From Eledone cirrhosa (Eukaryota): a DNA stretch of 64,000 nucleotides. Position 1 is the first letter of the stretch. Each line of letters starts with the position of its first letter. The notes under the pieces are model-generated. The model made no database searches and was not told the DNA's origin. It worked only from the letters and a program-made list of their open reading frames with translations. The translations under genes and the position numbers were made by a program. Shown here one piece after another: positions 42,378 to 55,398 of the stretch. Location: positions 32,116,001-32,180,000 of the forward strand of contig OZ024756.1 of the NCBI GenBank assembly GCA_964016885.1. Reading direction: 5' to 3'.

Positions 42378-43375
42378 TACTAGCATTAAAGCCCGGCGTT
42401 TCTCGGGGTCAGTAAGTTACCAAAGTTAGGTTGCACCACCCATTTTATGGCAGCGCTTTTTTGTTTGCTAGGCACTGGGAGAATGAATTATAGACCTGGA
42501 CTGCCGAAGCAGGAGCTCCGCCAGCAGTGACAATTGTCGTTTCGCCTATGGATATTATCTTTGTGCAAAGAAGTGTTGACATTTATTGTTTCACAGTACT
42601 TGCGCAACACACGCGTAGACAATGCCAGCCGAACAACAGAGCTGCGATGGAGTTGTTCTGCATGGTTGTCTAATGTGTGTTTTCTAAATTTAAGACAGTA
42701 GGGAGTGGTGTGATATGGGGGAGAGTTAGCTGCTCTTTCTAGCAGGTTTAGTGACCTCATAGAGGATATGTTTTCTAAATTTAAGACAGTAGGGAGTGGT
42801 GTGATATGGGGGAGAGTTAGCTGCTGTTTCTAGCAGGTTTAGTGACTTCATAGAGTATATTGTGTATAGTAAATAAACTGATACTTCTTTCTTCCACGTT
42901 CGTTGAGAGGTTTTAAAAAAGATTTATCGCTATTTTTGTTGTTGTTGAATAAATGTATCTGTTGCTTTTGAATAATTGTTGTTTCGTATGAAATGTAATA
43001 AGCTCTCTTAGTCATGGAAGTAAATAAATGTTTGACCGTTCCACACTCAAAAACAAACGTTCTCACTATCTCTCCTCTCTCTCTCTTCGGCGTTCCTAAG
43101 AAAATTTTGTAAGCATGCATGTAGTTTTATTGAATTTTAGTAGAGTAGAGAGAGGTATTCTGATTCTATTAGAGGGTTAAAACGTCATGTATTTAGTTTT
43201 ATCGATTATTTCCATAATTATGGGGAGTTTGAATAAAATAAATAGTCGTTGACTTAAGTTAGACCATTTACAACATTCATACAGAGTTTGAGTCGAATTG
43301 GTGTGAAATTGTACAAATGTATAAACATGGAACATGCACACACACACAACAACAACAATCTGCCTTTTATAGGTA
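42378..43375 (+). mobile_element. Possible non-autonomous Helentron/Helitron-like element with internal insertions
   Basis: Starts actag...cccggcgtttctcgggg (short palindrome). Ends with gagtttgagtcgaattgg...(CA)n...ttttatag. Contains a ~91-bp direct duplication (about 42678-42855). Confidence 0.35.
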
Positions 43376-43391
43376 ATGATTTTATTATTGA

Positions 43392-43586
43392 AGGGTGGTG
43401 AATTGGCGGTATCGGTAGAGGGTCGGACGCCATGCTTTGCAGCATAGAGTTACGCCCCTTTATGATCTGAGTTCAAATCCCTCCGAGGTTAACTTTGCCT
43501 TTCATCCTTACGGGGGTCGATAAAATAAAGTACCAGTAATACACTGGGATAATTGCTGACCTTGTGCCTATTGTAGAAACAATTAT
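43392..43586 (+). mobile_element. Full-length Nin-core SINE with 13-bp TSD
   Basis: Same family as 39527-39711; attttattattga at 43379-43391 and 43587-43599. Confidence 0.85.
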
Positions 43587-43658
43587 ATTTTATTATTGAT
43601 GTTATTGTTTTGATTCTACGTTGTATCCATATATATCGTTGCTATATGTGAAATCTCT

Positions 43659-43771
43659 AGTATTCCGATGATTTGAACAGAGGTAAACACTGTATTTAAG
43701 GTCGAGTGACGCGACTTCGAGTGATTAGTAGCCTTTAGACTCACCCGATCAATAAAACAATTGTTAATACT
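43659..43771 (+). ncRNA. Hammerhead-like motif, U4C core, ~80-nt stem II, G12A (probably inactive copy)
   Basis: agtatt CCGATGA tttgaacag...cccgatcaat AAAA caattg TT aatact. The sister copy at about 42286-42312 (-) retains GAAA caattg TT aatact. Confidence 0.6.
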
Positions 43772-43827
43772 TGAAACAAAACCCCCTGTTGTACAACCGA
43801 CCATGTTATTCTTCAATCTTTCACTAT

Positions 43828-43861
<34 letters not shown>

Positions 43862-44185
43862 GTCCAATGCTATCGGATATCTTAAAATGCGGACGAAACC
43901 ATGGAAGAGGTAACTAAATGTGTTCACTTTTCTCCTAGTTTATTTTACACCTAATTCTGTTTGGTTGACTGTATATCTGAGCGATTCATACAAGCTGTCG
44001 AAATACTCGATAAATACTCCGTTGCAACTGACGCGAAGGGCTGCTTTCGGTTATTTGTCGGAGATTTCTTCATAGAAGCCTTTATTCTTATAGCTTGGTC
44101 TAATCGATTTTTTATATGGTTAATTATGCTAATTGGGAGAGGAAATGGTATATATTTTATCTGGTTATTCTATAGACATGTTTTA

Positions 44186-44234
<49 letters not shown>

Positions 44235-44360
44235 GTAGGAGGTGAGTTTTATTGTAGTACAATAAAGCAATGCAGATATCGGATAAGAAGCACTCTACAG
44301 TTTGTAGGACTGGAGTATACATAATATATAAGAACAAAAGATGGTTAAAGAAGTTCCATG

Positions 44361-44431
44361 TATTTTATTATGCGCATTTCAAAAACAAATATCATCATGC
44401 AATAATATTTGTGTTTTCATCAGATAAAACA
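44361..44431 (-). ncRNA. Mirror copy of the family B hammerhead
   Basis: Reverse complement of 44550-44620 within the palindrome. Confidence 0.8.
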
Positions 44432-44549
44432 GGAGGACATGATATGAAGGCTAAAAAACACTTGTGGATAGTTCAGTTTTAAATCAACATATGTTGATTT
44501 AAAACTGAACTATCCACAAGTGTTTTTTAGCCTTCATATCATGTCCTCC

Positions 44550-44620
44550 TGTTTTATCTGATGAAAACACAAATATTATTGCATGATGATATTTGTTTTT
44601 GAAATGCGCATAATAAAATA
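44550..44620 (+). ncRNA. Type I hammerhead ribozyme motif (canonical core)
   Basis: tgttttat CTGATGA aaacacaaatattat-tgcatg-atgatatttgttttt GAAA tgcgca TA ataaaata. Confidence 0.8.
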
Positions 44621-44638
44621 CATGGAACTCCTTTAACC

Positions 44639-44701
<63 letters not shown>

Positions 44702-46074
44702 AAGAATGTGTGGCAAGGAACCAGGTGTACCATAACGCACCAGAGTACTCGATACTTATGGTAGTAGAGTGGGTATATTGATGTATGCAAGACAATATAT
44801 AAATATTAAACTTCTAACTGTGTAGGTTCTGCGTTTAAATACAGTCTTGTGTCACACAGACACATCAATCAGAAGTTGTGTCCGACTGATTATATGAATA
44901 ATGTGTGTATATAGGTGTATGAGTATGTTAGTAAGCTTGTGTTTGTGTATGTCTGCGTGTGTCTACCTGTCGAGTTGTTCAGCAAGACTCTATATTTCAC
45001 GATGTAGCCGTCCACTCAGTTGAGATGTATTGATTTCACGCTGAATCTCCCTGAAGGATACATTAATGGTGTATTTGTCTGTGAAATAGTCAGGTACTTG
45101 CATTATTACTTTACGGCATAGAGTTACGTACTTTACGGCTTGAGTTCAAACTTTGCTTTTCATCCTTACGAGGTCGATAAAATAAAGTACCAGTCATGAG
45201 CTGGAATTATTGCTGGACTTGTGCCAAAAGTAAAAACAATTATTACTTTGCAGCATAGAGTTACGTCCGTTTACGGCCTGAGTTCAAATCCCGCCGAGGT
45301 TAACTTTGCTTTTCATCCTTACGGGGTCGATAAAATAAAGTACCAGTAATGCTCTGGCATAATTGCTGTCCTTGTGCCAAAAGTAGAAACAATTATTATT
45401 TTACTAGCATGTTGCTCCATTCTTCGATCATCTGGAAGACTGGTCTCCCAAACCGACGGAGGACCATTATATATGCGTGTGTTTCTGTGTCTGTGCATAT
45501 TTGAATGTTCATGTATGTAAAAGTGCAGTATATATATATTTTTTTATATGTGCGTGCGTCAGTGTGTGGGTGTATGTGCTCGTGTGTGTATGTTTATATG
45601 TGTGTGAGTCTGTATGTCTGTGTGTAAGAAACAATCTTGCATACTCCCACAAAACGTGAAATGCCAATATAATATATCCAATAACAGATATATGTGTGAG
45701 GCAACAACTAAATAACTAAAAAAATAACTTACACAGAAAATAGTATTTCAATAAATAAATACATAAATAAATACATAAATAAATAAACAAATGAATAAAT
45801 AGATAAATAAATTTAATAAATAAATTTAATAAATAATCAAAAATACTTTTTGACAACTTGAAGACATCGTCATGTTCCAACAGCGTAAAATGATTGTTAA
45901 GTTTAAAATGGAAGTTTTTCAAGAGGTGTTTGACAGTGAAGTGTTACCGGATCTACACCCAGGGGGAGTAATATCCAGAAACTCGAGGCTTAAATATATG
46001 AAATATCTCCTTATCACGTATGCTTATATTGACTTGCTTACATGTGCCTGCTTTTCATAAGGAAACGGTGAGCG

Positions 46075-46138
<64 letters not shown>

Positions 46139-46141
<3 letters not shown>

Positions 46142-46374
46142 GTAATAATAATAAATTTGAAGACTAAAATCCAAAGAGGGCTCGATAAGGATAAATATAT
46201 ATCAAATATAAAAGAACCGTAGAGCAAATATTTATTAAAATAACAGATTAAAGTTTAAGCAAAGAATCGCTGCTTACACCCTTAACGGGATCTTCTGAAA
46301 CTAACCCAATTTCAGAAGATCCCGTTAAAGGTGTAAGCAGCGATTCTTTGCTTAAACTTTAATCTGTTATTTTA

Positions 46375-46418
<44 letters not shown>

Positions 46419-46467
46419 TAAAATAACAGATTAAAGTTTAAGCAAAGAATCGCTGCTTACACCTTTA

Positions 46468-46514
<47 letters not shown>

Positions 46515-46810
46515 TGTGTGTGTGTTTGTGTGTGTGCATATATATATATATATATATGTATATATATTTATTAAAATAACAGCTTGAAGTTTAAGCAAAG
46601 AATCGCTGCTTTCACCCTTAACGGGATCTTCTGAAACTAACCCAGTTTCAGAAGATCCCGTTAAGGGTGAAAGCAGCGATTCTTTGCTTAAACTTTAATC
46701 TGTTATTTTAATAAATATTTGCTCTACGGTTCTTATATATTTGATATATATATTTAACCTTATCGAGCCCTCTTTGGATTTTAGTCTTGAAATTTATTAT
46801 TATTACTATA
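46139..46810. mobile_element. Cluster of family A fold-back pLTR-like fragments
   Basis: Hairpins centred on ctgaaactaaccca(a/g)tttcag at about 46300 and 46640, plus a TA-centred mirror at 46325-46468, separated by TA/TG runs. Confidence 0.8.
46644..46694 (+). ncRNA. Hammerhead-like motif with CAGAAGA (U4A) core
   Basis: agttt CAGAAGA tccc-gttaa-gggt GAAA gcag-cgattct-ttgc TT aaact. A diverged relative lies at 32530-32578 (-). Confidence 0.5.
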
Positions 46811-46881
46811 TGTATATATATATATATATATATACATTTATATATGTATATATGTATATATGTATATATATATATATGTAT

Positions 46882-46945
<64 letters not shown>

Positions 46946-46958
46946 GTATATATATGTA

Positions 46959-47031
<73 letters not shown>

Positions 47032-47075
47032 GTATATATGTATATACATATATGTGTAGATATATACGTATATAC

Positions 47076-47136
<61 letters not shown>

Positions 47137-47137
47137 C

Positions 47138-47177
<40 letters not shown>

Positions 47178-48088
47178 CTTTTTTGATTTCGTATCCTTAT
47201 CTCCAGAGGAGTGGTTGTTAGAAGAGATAACGATATTTCGAGATAAGGATACGAAATCAAAAGAAAAAAAAAAGAAAGAATATGAAGAAGAAACCCCCTA
47301 AAAACACGAATTAAAAAATATGACCATAAGAAGTATTAAGATTTTCAAGGAACCAAACAAGAAAAGAAAAGAACACTTTCATAGGGAACAAATCCATTGG
47401 TGTGGCAGAAGAAAACAGAACAAGGTAGTTACTAACAAAGTGTGTTGTATTGCTGAATTAATCAAAGAAGGGAACTTCCAGCAACGAATCATTCTCTAGT
47501 CACTTGAGTGTCGGGTTACATTTATTCTGCTAGGGTATGAAGTTAAGGTCACACGTGTTTGTGGAATATCCAAAGTTTATTTATATAATCGGAGGAGTTA
47601 AATTGATTCTGCTTGGAAATTAACTTAAGATTACACGTGCTTGTGGAACATCCAATGACTCACTCGTTCTGTTTGTCGAAAGACTGGTTGCTTAGACAGA
47701 TGCTCATCGTCGAAACCGACGAAAGATCCATCACTGTTAGAAGACTCAATAATTGTTTTCTGATTTAGGCACAAGCCCAATAATTTTGGGGAGAAGAAAG
47801 TCGATTAAATCGACCCCAGTGCATTAGTGGTACTTTATTTTATCGACTCCGTAAACATGATAGGTTAAGTTGACCTCAGCGGGGTTTGAAATCAGATTGC
47901 AAAGGGCTGGTACAAATACTGCAAAGTTTGTTGTCCGACCCTCTACCGATACTGTCAATGCATCGCCCCTTAGAATACTCAATAATAAAACAAAATATTA
48001 TAAGAGAAAAATAAACCCGGATAAATCTCCAGCAAATGGAGGATGGAGAAGCTAAATGAACAATTTTAACAATTTTCGTTTTACGTAG

Positions 48089-48171
48089 ATAAATATCAAG
48101 ATCCGAGCAAGTATTCTCTAAAAGAACGAAGAATTTTAACCGATATCTTAGATAGCGCAGTCAGATCTCAA
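48089..48171 (+). other. Candidate isolated coding exon (unconfirmed)
   Basis: ttttcgttttacgtag| then 83 nt open in one frame (KYQDPSKYSLKERRILTDILDSAVRSQ) then |gtaagc, in non-repetitive context. Confidence 0.25.
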
Positions 48172-48651
48172 GTAAGCTAAACACGAAAGATATCCCCATC
48201 CCATCACACGTGACATGTGTCATGTCACGTGACATGCCAGTGAGGATGTCAGTTGCCATATCGAATGACACGCCAGCTATCATCTCAATGAAGTTACCGC
48301 TATGCAATCGATCAACATGTTGAATAAAACAGTGAAATTTCAAGAAAGCCATCCAGTCGTCTTCAGTAAATGAATGTAAGAATGGAAATATCAGATCCTG
48401 TAAACGTTTCATCTAAAATCCAGTTCATCGAATCACACCCTGGCTCCACCGATCCACTCACATTCTACCTAATCTTACTCACACCTTGCCACGGCCTAAT
48501 AAACTAACATAACATATTAAAAATATCGGATAACTTCTATAGTTATTAATGATTCATACATCTGGACATTTATGGTTAATACTCGATGCTGCATTTTCAC
48601 TCCAATAACACAGAAATTGTTTATTCTTTTTAACATTCGTTACAACCATCG

Positions 48652-48724
<73 letters not shown>

Positions 48725-48955
48725 CTTTCTATCTAATCGAGCCCTCTTTGGATTTTAGTCTTCATATTTATTATTATTACTATAAGAGCTTTGTCCGGTG
48801 GCGAAACAATTGTAACACATAATAAATTGAGTTCAGATGCATCACTGATTTTTTTCTATTCTATTCTATTATACTCTGCTCTGTAAGAGCATAGTGCTCA
48901 ACCGGCATACTGCCTATGGAAGCACCTTAGCTACCAGCAGACACACAAACATATA

Positions 48956-49026
<71 letters not shown>

Positions 49027-49635
49027 ATATATATATATATATATATATATACATGAAATGCGTATGTAAGTGTGTGTATGTGCCTCTCTATGATAGAGAG
49101 AGAAAGAAAGTGCAATGGAGAGAATGAGAATATGCGTGACTGTGTGGGATATTGGATATCAATGAGATAAAGAATAAAGTAGATTTAATTTGAAGTCTAT
49201 GACAATGATAGACAGTTTTAGATATATAAGTGTACCAAACGGACTTCATTTGGCAATAGCGCGTGACAAAGGTCAGTTAGTTTGCAGTATTCAGTTAAAA
49301 TGAATTCCACGAGCGTTTTCAAAACTATTAAGCAATGGTTTTCAGGTCGGCCGACATAAAATTTCTGAAGCTGTCTAACTTAATATATCAATGTCTCCTA
49401 GGAATATTACCGAAAATGGTAGAAACAAAAGCAAAGTAAATTGGAAAAATCATAAAAGAGAATCAACAATGGACAATAAAGGAAAAATGTTTCATGCACA
49501 GTCAAAATGGCGGCCGGTATCGGCTATAAATTGTATTCTTTACGAAATGGTAGGCCAATAGAAAAAAGAATTGGAATAATAACTGTTAAATGATGTCGAC
49601 CCCTAAGGTTTGAAAGGTTAGCATACATATATCTA

Positions 49636-49692
<57 letters not shown>

Positions 49693-49825
49693 AAATACAT
49701 ATACAGTCGTGCTAATGATGCTAAGGAACAGAAGGTTGAATAATCTTCAGGGTATTCCTAACTTAATTACAATGATTGACTGCACATCTAGGCGGGGTTG
49801 TGTTGATTGGCTACAAACTATACAT

Positions 49826-49980
<155 letters not shown>

Positions 49981-50129
49981 TATATTGTGTCTGTATATTA
50001 TATATCTATATATATCGTGTCTGTATATTATATATATAAATATATATATATACATATTTATGTATATATATATGTATACATATATGTATATATATATATA
50101 TATGTATATGCATATGTATGTATATATAC

Positions 50130-50196
<67 letters not shown>

Positions 50197-50487
50197 CGTA
50201 CACAGACAGACACACACACACACACTGACACACACACACACATATATATACATAAATTTAATCACCATTACATATCTATAAGTTTATAAATGCGGGTGTT
50301 AACGAGGCTGACTGCGATTCTTTTTTGCTGTGCGCTAATAAACCACGTTCTCAAACACGCGTACACGAGAATCACATTCACCCATAGAAAAACAAACAGT
50401 CCTATATGCATAGAAGCCCAAATACACACAGTCAACCATTATATACACACATACATGCACATATAGACACAAACATATATGTGTATG

Positions 50488-50555
<68 letters not shown>

Positions 50556-50557
50556 TA

Positions 50558-50589
<32 letters not shown>

Positions 50590-50647
50590 GGACGCACGCA
50601 CATATACATACATACACGTATATAAATATACATATATACATAAATGC

Positions 50648-50706
<59 letters not shown>

Positions 50707-50795
50707 TATATATATATATTTATATATGTATATATAAGTAATTATATGTATAGATATATATAGATATACTACTCTCTCTCTATATATACACACAC

Positions 50796-50886
<91 letters not shown>

Positions 50887-51616
50887 ATTATATATATCTC
50901 CATTACTATAATATTTCTTTGTATTGATCATTCCTATTTGAAGTGCATTTCTAATTACGAACTCAAGGAAGCAACCAGCCACGAAGCCAGGACACAAAAT
51001 GGCTTCTGCCATCATAAAGCTCTCTATCTGTCGGCCACAGATAACGTACGATAAAATACGTTCAACTCTGAAGTGGCTAACATACCATATCTTCATATCA
51101 GCCTCGTATTGCAGAGACGGAAATAGATATCAGCGCTTTCATCAAACGAAAGGTTTCATTTGATAAATAAATTTATTGGCAAACGACTTCGTTTTATTTC
51201 ATCACGCAAGGTTATACATTTCTTTTATACAACACCCCATGTCGATATACAATATGGCGGACAAATGTTGATATGTAGTGACGTGATTCCAAATCTAGAA
51301 ACGCATATTACATTTATTTTTTATATATATTTATTTATTTTCTATATTATTTCACAAACGATAACCAATAGCGCTGTTTTGCGTAGGTATGCAACGAATC
51401 AGTGATCGGTTTCCGCTAATCCAGATGTTTAGATTTACAAAAGAGCGTCGGTAAATCGGCGAGTAGGACAAATATCTTAAGATAATACGATCGAAATGTA
51501 GTGATTTTGTTATATTTTTATTTTCTCAGCAGATATCTAAATCCATCAACTCCACTCACACACACAATATCAGCAAATATATACACACACGCATAAACAT
51601 ATACGTACATATATTC

Positions 51617-51684
<68 letters not shown>

Positions 51685-51791
51685 GTATTTATATATATTT
51701 TTATATCTATATTTATATATATCTCTATATATATATACAAATATATATATATATATATATTTATATATACACACACACATATATATATATA

Positions 51792-51837
<46 letters not shown>

Positions 51838-52322
51838 GAGAGAGAGAGAGAGGGGGGCAGATATAGTCTCACGTCAAATAATCCCTTATATGTGCGATTG
51901 ATTTGCTTGAGAAATAACAGCGAAAACTCTCTCGTATCTGGCGCTGCAAATTCATAAAACGATGGACAATGTACGATTGCTGCTGTGATAAATATATATA
52001 AAAGATAGGATGGTCATGGATAATCATACCTTTGATCACATATCTTCTTCATCGGGGTCGAAGTGGGGTTAAAGAGCAATGCATATCATATCATGCCATT
52101 TTACCCCTGGTGGTGTCTTAGAGGTACTGTCTTGTCATGTGGCATTAAAACATGAAATTTAAACATGGGATGACTTATCTCTGTCCAGGTCTGATCTGAA
52201 CACAGCCGATTTCTGTGTTTATCTCTGTCGTATAGTCAAATATATTACACGCCCCAGAAAAACTTCTTTCTTGGAGCTATTTAATTGTAAGAGACTATTT
52301 TGAGATTCTAACTCAATATCTA

Positions 52323-52374
<52 letters not shown>

Positions 52375-52493
52375 CGTATAAGTGTGTACTCTGGTTTCTT
52401 ATTTGGTTCTTATTTTAATGATACTGTCTTAATTAAAGCATTGAGTGAGGTGAGAAAACGGAGATACAGCGGATTTTCCGATGATTTACTTTC

Positions 52494-52559
<66 letters not shown>

Positions 52560-52959
52560 GGGGGGGGGGGTTAGTGAGGGGAGGTACAGAGCGAAACCAT
52601 GATAAAGATATAGGGAATAATTTATACCCCTATGCTGGATTTCTCTGCAATTTATCGACTTCGAAAGAATGAGAGTCAAATCTGGCTTCAGCTGGATTTG
52701 AAATAAGAGAAAAGAGATAAAAAATTTATAGGACAAAGCATCATGCCTGATTGTCATACGATTCCTCTAAATAGTCGCCTGGCATCACGTATATTGAGGA
52801 TTAATTAAATATATATCGCTTCCACTATATTATTCGTGACACTGATTATATCATTGAAGAAATTAGCGTTTCTGTGATTCTATGTGTCAAAGTAAGCGTA
52901 TTAATGTGTTTATTGTACAACCTTGTTCTTGGGTTTATTGTGTAATCTTATAATATTAA

Positions 52960-53235
52960 TAATAATGGCATTATTGTGTACAGAGCTCAGGTGCACTACA
53001 ACTCATCAAAGGTGCTTGTATAGGACATCGAATAATTTACAAATGTCAGGAAAGTGAACAGTGTAGGAGTTATAATATAACATGTATATAACATGTGTGC
53101 ATGTGTATGGAAGGGTGATATCAGGTGTAATGTTGTCGAATTTCAGGAAGCATGGAAGATTTAAAGGATGCAGTATCTCGGCAGCTGACAACTGATGCAG
53201 TTAGTTTGTTCCATGCTTCAGCAACTCTTAGCGTG
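52960..53235 (-). mobile_element. CR1/L2-group LINE 3' end
   Basis: Minus frame TLRVAEAWNKLTASVVSCRDTASFKSSMLPEIRQHYT* (CR1-type RV..AWN.LP..VV......FK). The 3' UTR ends in an AT-rich (ATT)-like tail. Confidence 0.8.
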
Positions 53236-53314
53236 GGTTTAATGTATATAATATATTATCCTGCAATTACGAGAACTTTGTTCCTGGGTTTATTGTATAA
53301 CCTTATAATAATTA

Positions 53315-53561
53315 TAATAACAACGACGTTATTGTGTACAGTGCTCAGGTGCACTACAACTCATCAAAGGTGAATGTGTAGTACATAGAGTAATGTACAA
53401 TTGTCAGGAAAGTGAACAGTGTATGAGTCATAATATACATGTGTGTACGTGTATGGAATGGTGATATCAGATGTAGTGTTGGCGAATTACTGGAAGCATG
53501 GACGTTTTAAAGGATGCAGTGTCTCGGTAGCTGACAACTGATGCAGGTAGTTTGTTCCATG
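53315..53561 (-). mobile_element. Second diverged copy of the CR1-like 3' end (old local duplication)
   Basis: WNKLPASVVSYRDTASFK. The flanking gggtttattgt motif is also repeated. Confidence 0.75.
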
Positions 53562-54129
53562 GGTTTATTGTATATAATATATTATCATTCAATTACTTTC
53601 GTGTTTTCTAAAATGTGTGAGGAATACGTGTATTTATTATTGACGGTTGATACATAACAACCGCTGGCATTACATAATTTACACAGCAATCAGTCCTTTC
53701 ACTTTTAAATTGTATATAAGGGGATAATGAATGGGTGAATTGAATTATACATAACCTAAAACCTAAGGTGCACATCAATAAATAATGATATAGTTTATAT
53801 ATCAATTTCTTCAAGCTTGCATGAAAGTGTGAGAAATCATGAGAGAGTGGGAGTGGGGACACTGAGAGAGAGGGGGAGTCGGTGGTGAGAGTGGGGTGAG
53901 AGAGAGAGAGAGAGAGAGGGGTCGATAGTGAGAAAGGGGAGGTTGGTGGAGATAGAGGTGGTAGGTGGAATTAGAGACAAGGGAAGGGAGAGAAGATAGG
54001 TGGGGGAGAGTGTGAGTATTAGATGGAGAATATCAGAGGGAGAAAGAGGGTGAGCGATGGGGAGGGAGGGATGGTGATGGAGAGAGAGAGAGAGAGAAGG
54101 AGAGCGAAAGGAGGGTGGGAAAGGGTGTG

Positions 54130-54182
<53 letters not shown>

Positions 54183-54261
54183 AGCAGAGAGAAAGTGAGA
54201 GTGAGGGAGATATATATATATAGGTGGGAAGTGAGAGGGAAGAGAGAGGTAGTGAAAGTGT

Positions 54262-55100
54262 TGGTATCATACGGAGGTATATCAGAGAGAAAGGGAGAGG
54301 GAGGGAAGGTTGAAGAGGAAAGAAGAGAGGGTTGAAGAGTGAGGAAGACGGAATTAAAGAGAAGGAGAGGAAGAGAGACTGGTATCATATGGAGGTATAT
54401 CAGAGAGAAAGGGAGAGGGAGGGAAGAGTGAAGAAGAAAGAGGTGAGGGTTGAAGAGTGAGAAGAAGAAAGAGGATGGGGTTGCAGGGAGAGGAAGACGG
54501 AGTTAAAGAGAAGGAGAGGAAGAGAGACTGGTATCATATGGAGGTATATCAGAGAGAAAGGGAGAGGGAGGGAAGAGTGAAGAAGAAAGAGGTGAGGGTT
54601 GAAGAGTGAGAAGAAGAAAGAGGAGGGGGGTTGCAGGGAGAGGAAGACGGAATTAAAGAGAAGGAGAGGAAGAGAGACTGGTATCATATGGAGGTATATC
54701 AGAGAGAAAGGGAGAGGGAGGGAAGAGTGAAGAAGAAAGAGGTGAGGGTTGAAGAGTAAGAAGAAGAAAGAGGAGGGGGGTTGCAGGGAGAGGAAGACGG
54801 AATTAAAGAGAAGGAGAGGAAGAGAGACTGGTATCATATGGAGGTATATCAGAGAGAATGGGAGAGGGAGGGAAGAGTGAAGAAGAAAGAGGTGAGGGTT
54901 GAAGAGTAAGAAGAAGAAAGAGGAGGGGGGTTGCAGGGAGAGGAAGACGGAGTTAAAGAGAAGGAGAGGAAGAGAGACTGGTATCATATGGAGGTATATC
55001 AGAGAGAATGGGAGAGGGAGGGAAGAGTGAAGAAGAAAGAGGTGAGGGTTGAAGAGTGAGAAGAAGAAAGAGGAGGGGGTTGCAGAGAGAGGAAGACGAA
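54262..55100. repeat. 150-bp purine-rich tandem repeat, about 5.5 copies
   Basis: ggtatcatatggaggtatatcagagag recurs at 54381, 54530, 54680, 54830 and 54980. It is embedded in a GA-rich region from about 53840. Confidence 0.95.
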
Positions 55101-55341
55101 GTGAAAGAGGGAGAAAGAAGCAGAGAACATGAAGGAAAGAGGTATAGACAGAGAGACAAAGAAAGACTAAATGAATGGGCTGTACTGTTATATTATCTAA
55201 CATTCAATGCTGGACTGAATGAAGATATGTGTATTAATCACTTCCTTTAATCTTCTTTGTTGCAATTTAGAACAAATTACCGGGGTACGCCATACACACA
55301 TACACACACACACAAACACGCACACACGCACACAAACATAT

Positions 55342-55398
<57 letters not shown>

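Larger units (their letters stand above)
44232..44645. mobile_element. Family B pLTR-like element containing a 300-bp spacerless palindrome
   Basis: 44341-44640 is self-complementary about 44490/44491 with one visible mismatch; flanked by (TA)n on both sides. Confidence 0.8.

Noticed and set aside
49495-49520. caaaatggcggc YY1-like site (also aatatggcgg near 51251) as a promoter
   Set aside because: Isolated motifs with no CpG island or downstream exon.
49740-49756. CTGAAGA on the minus strand
   Set aside because: No stem II or GAAA follows.
54400-55203. 267-aa ORF with 50-aa repeats
   Set aside because: It is the pyrimidine strand of a 150-bp satellite; L/S/F/P-biased composition and lack of stops follow from the base skew.
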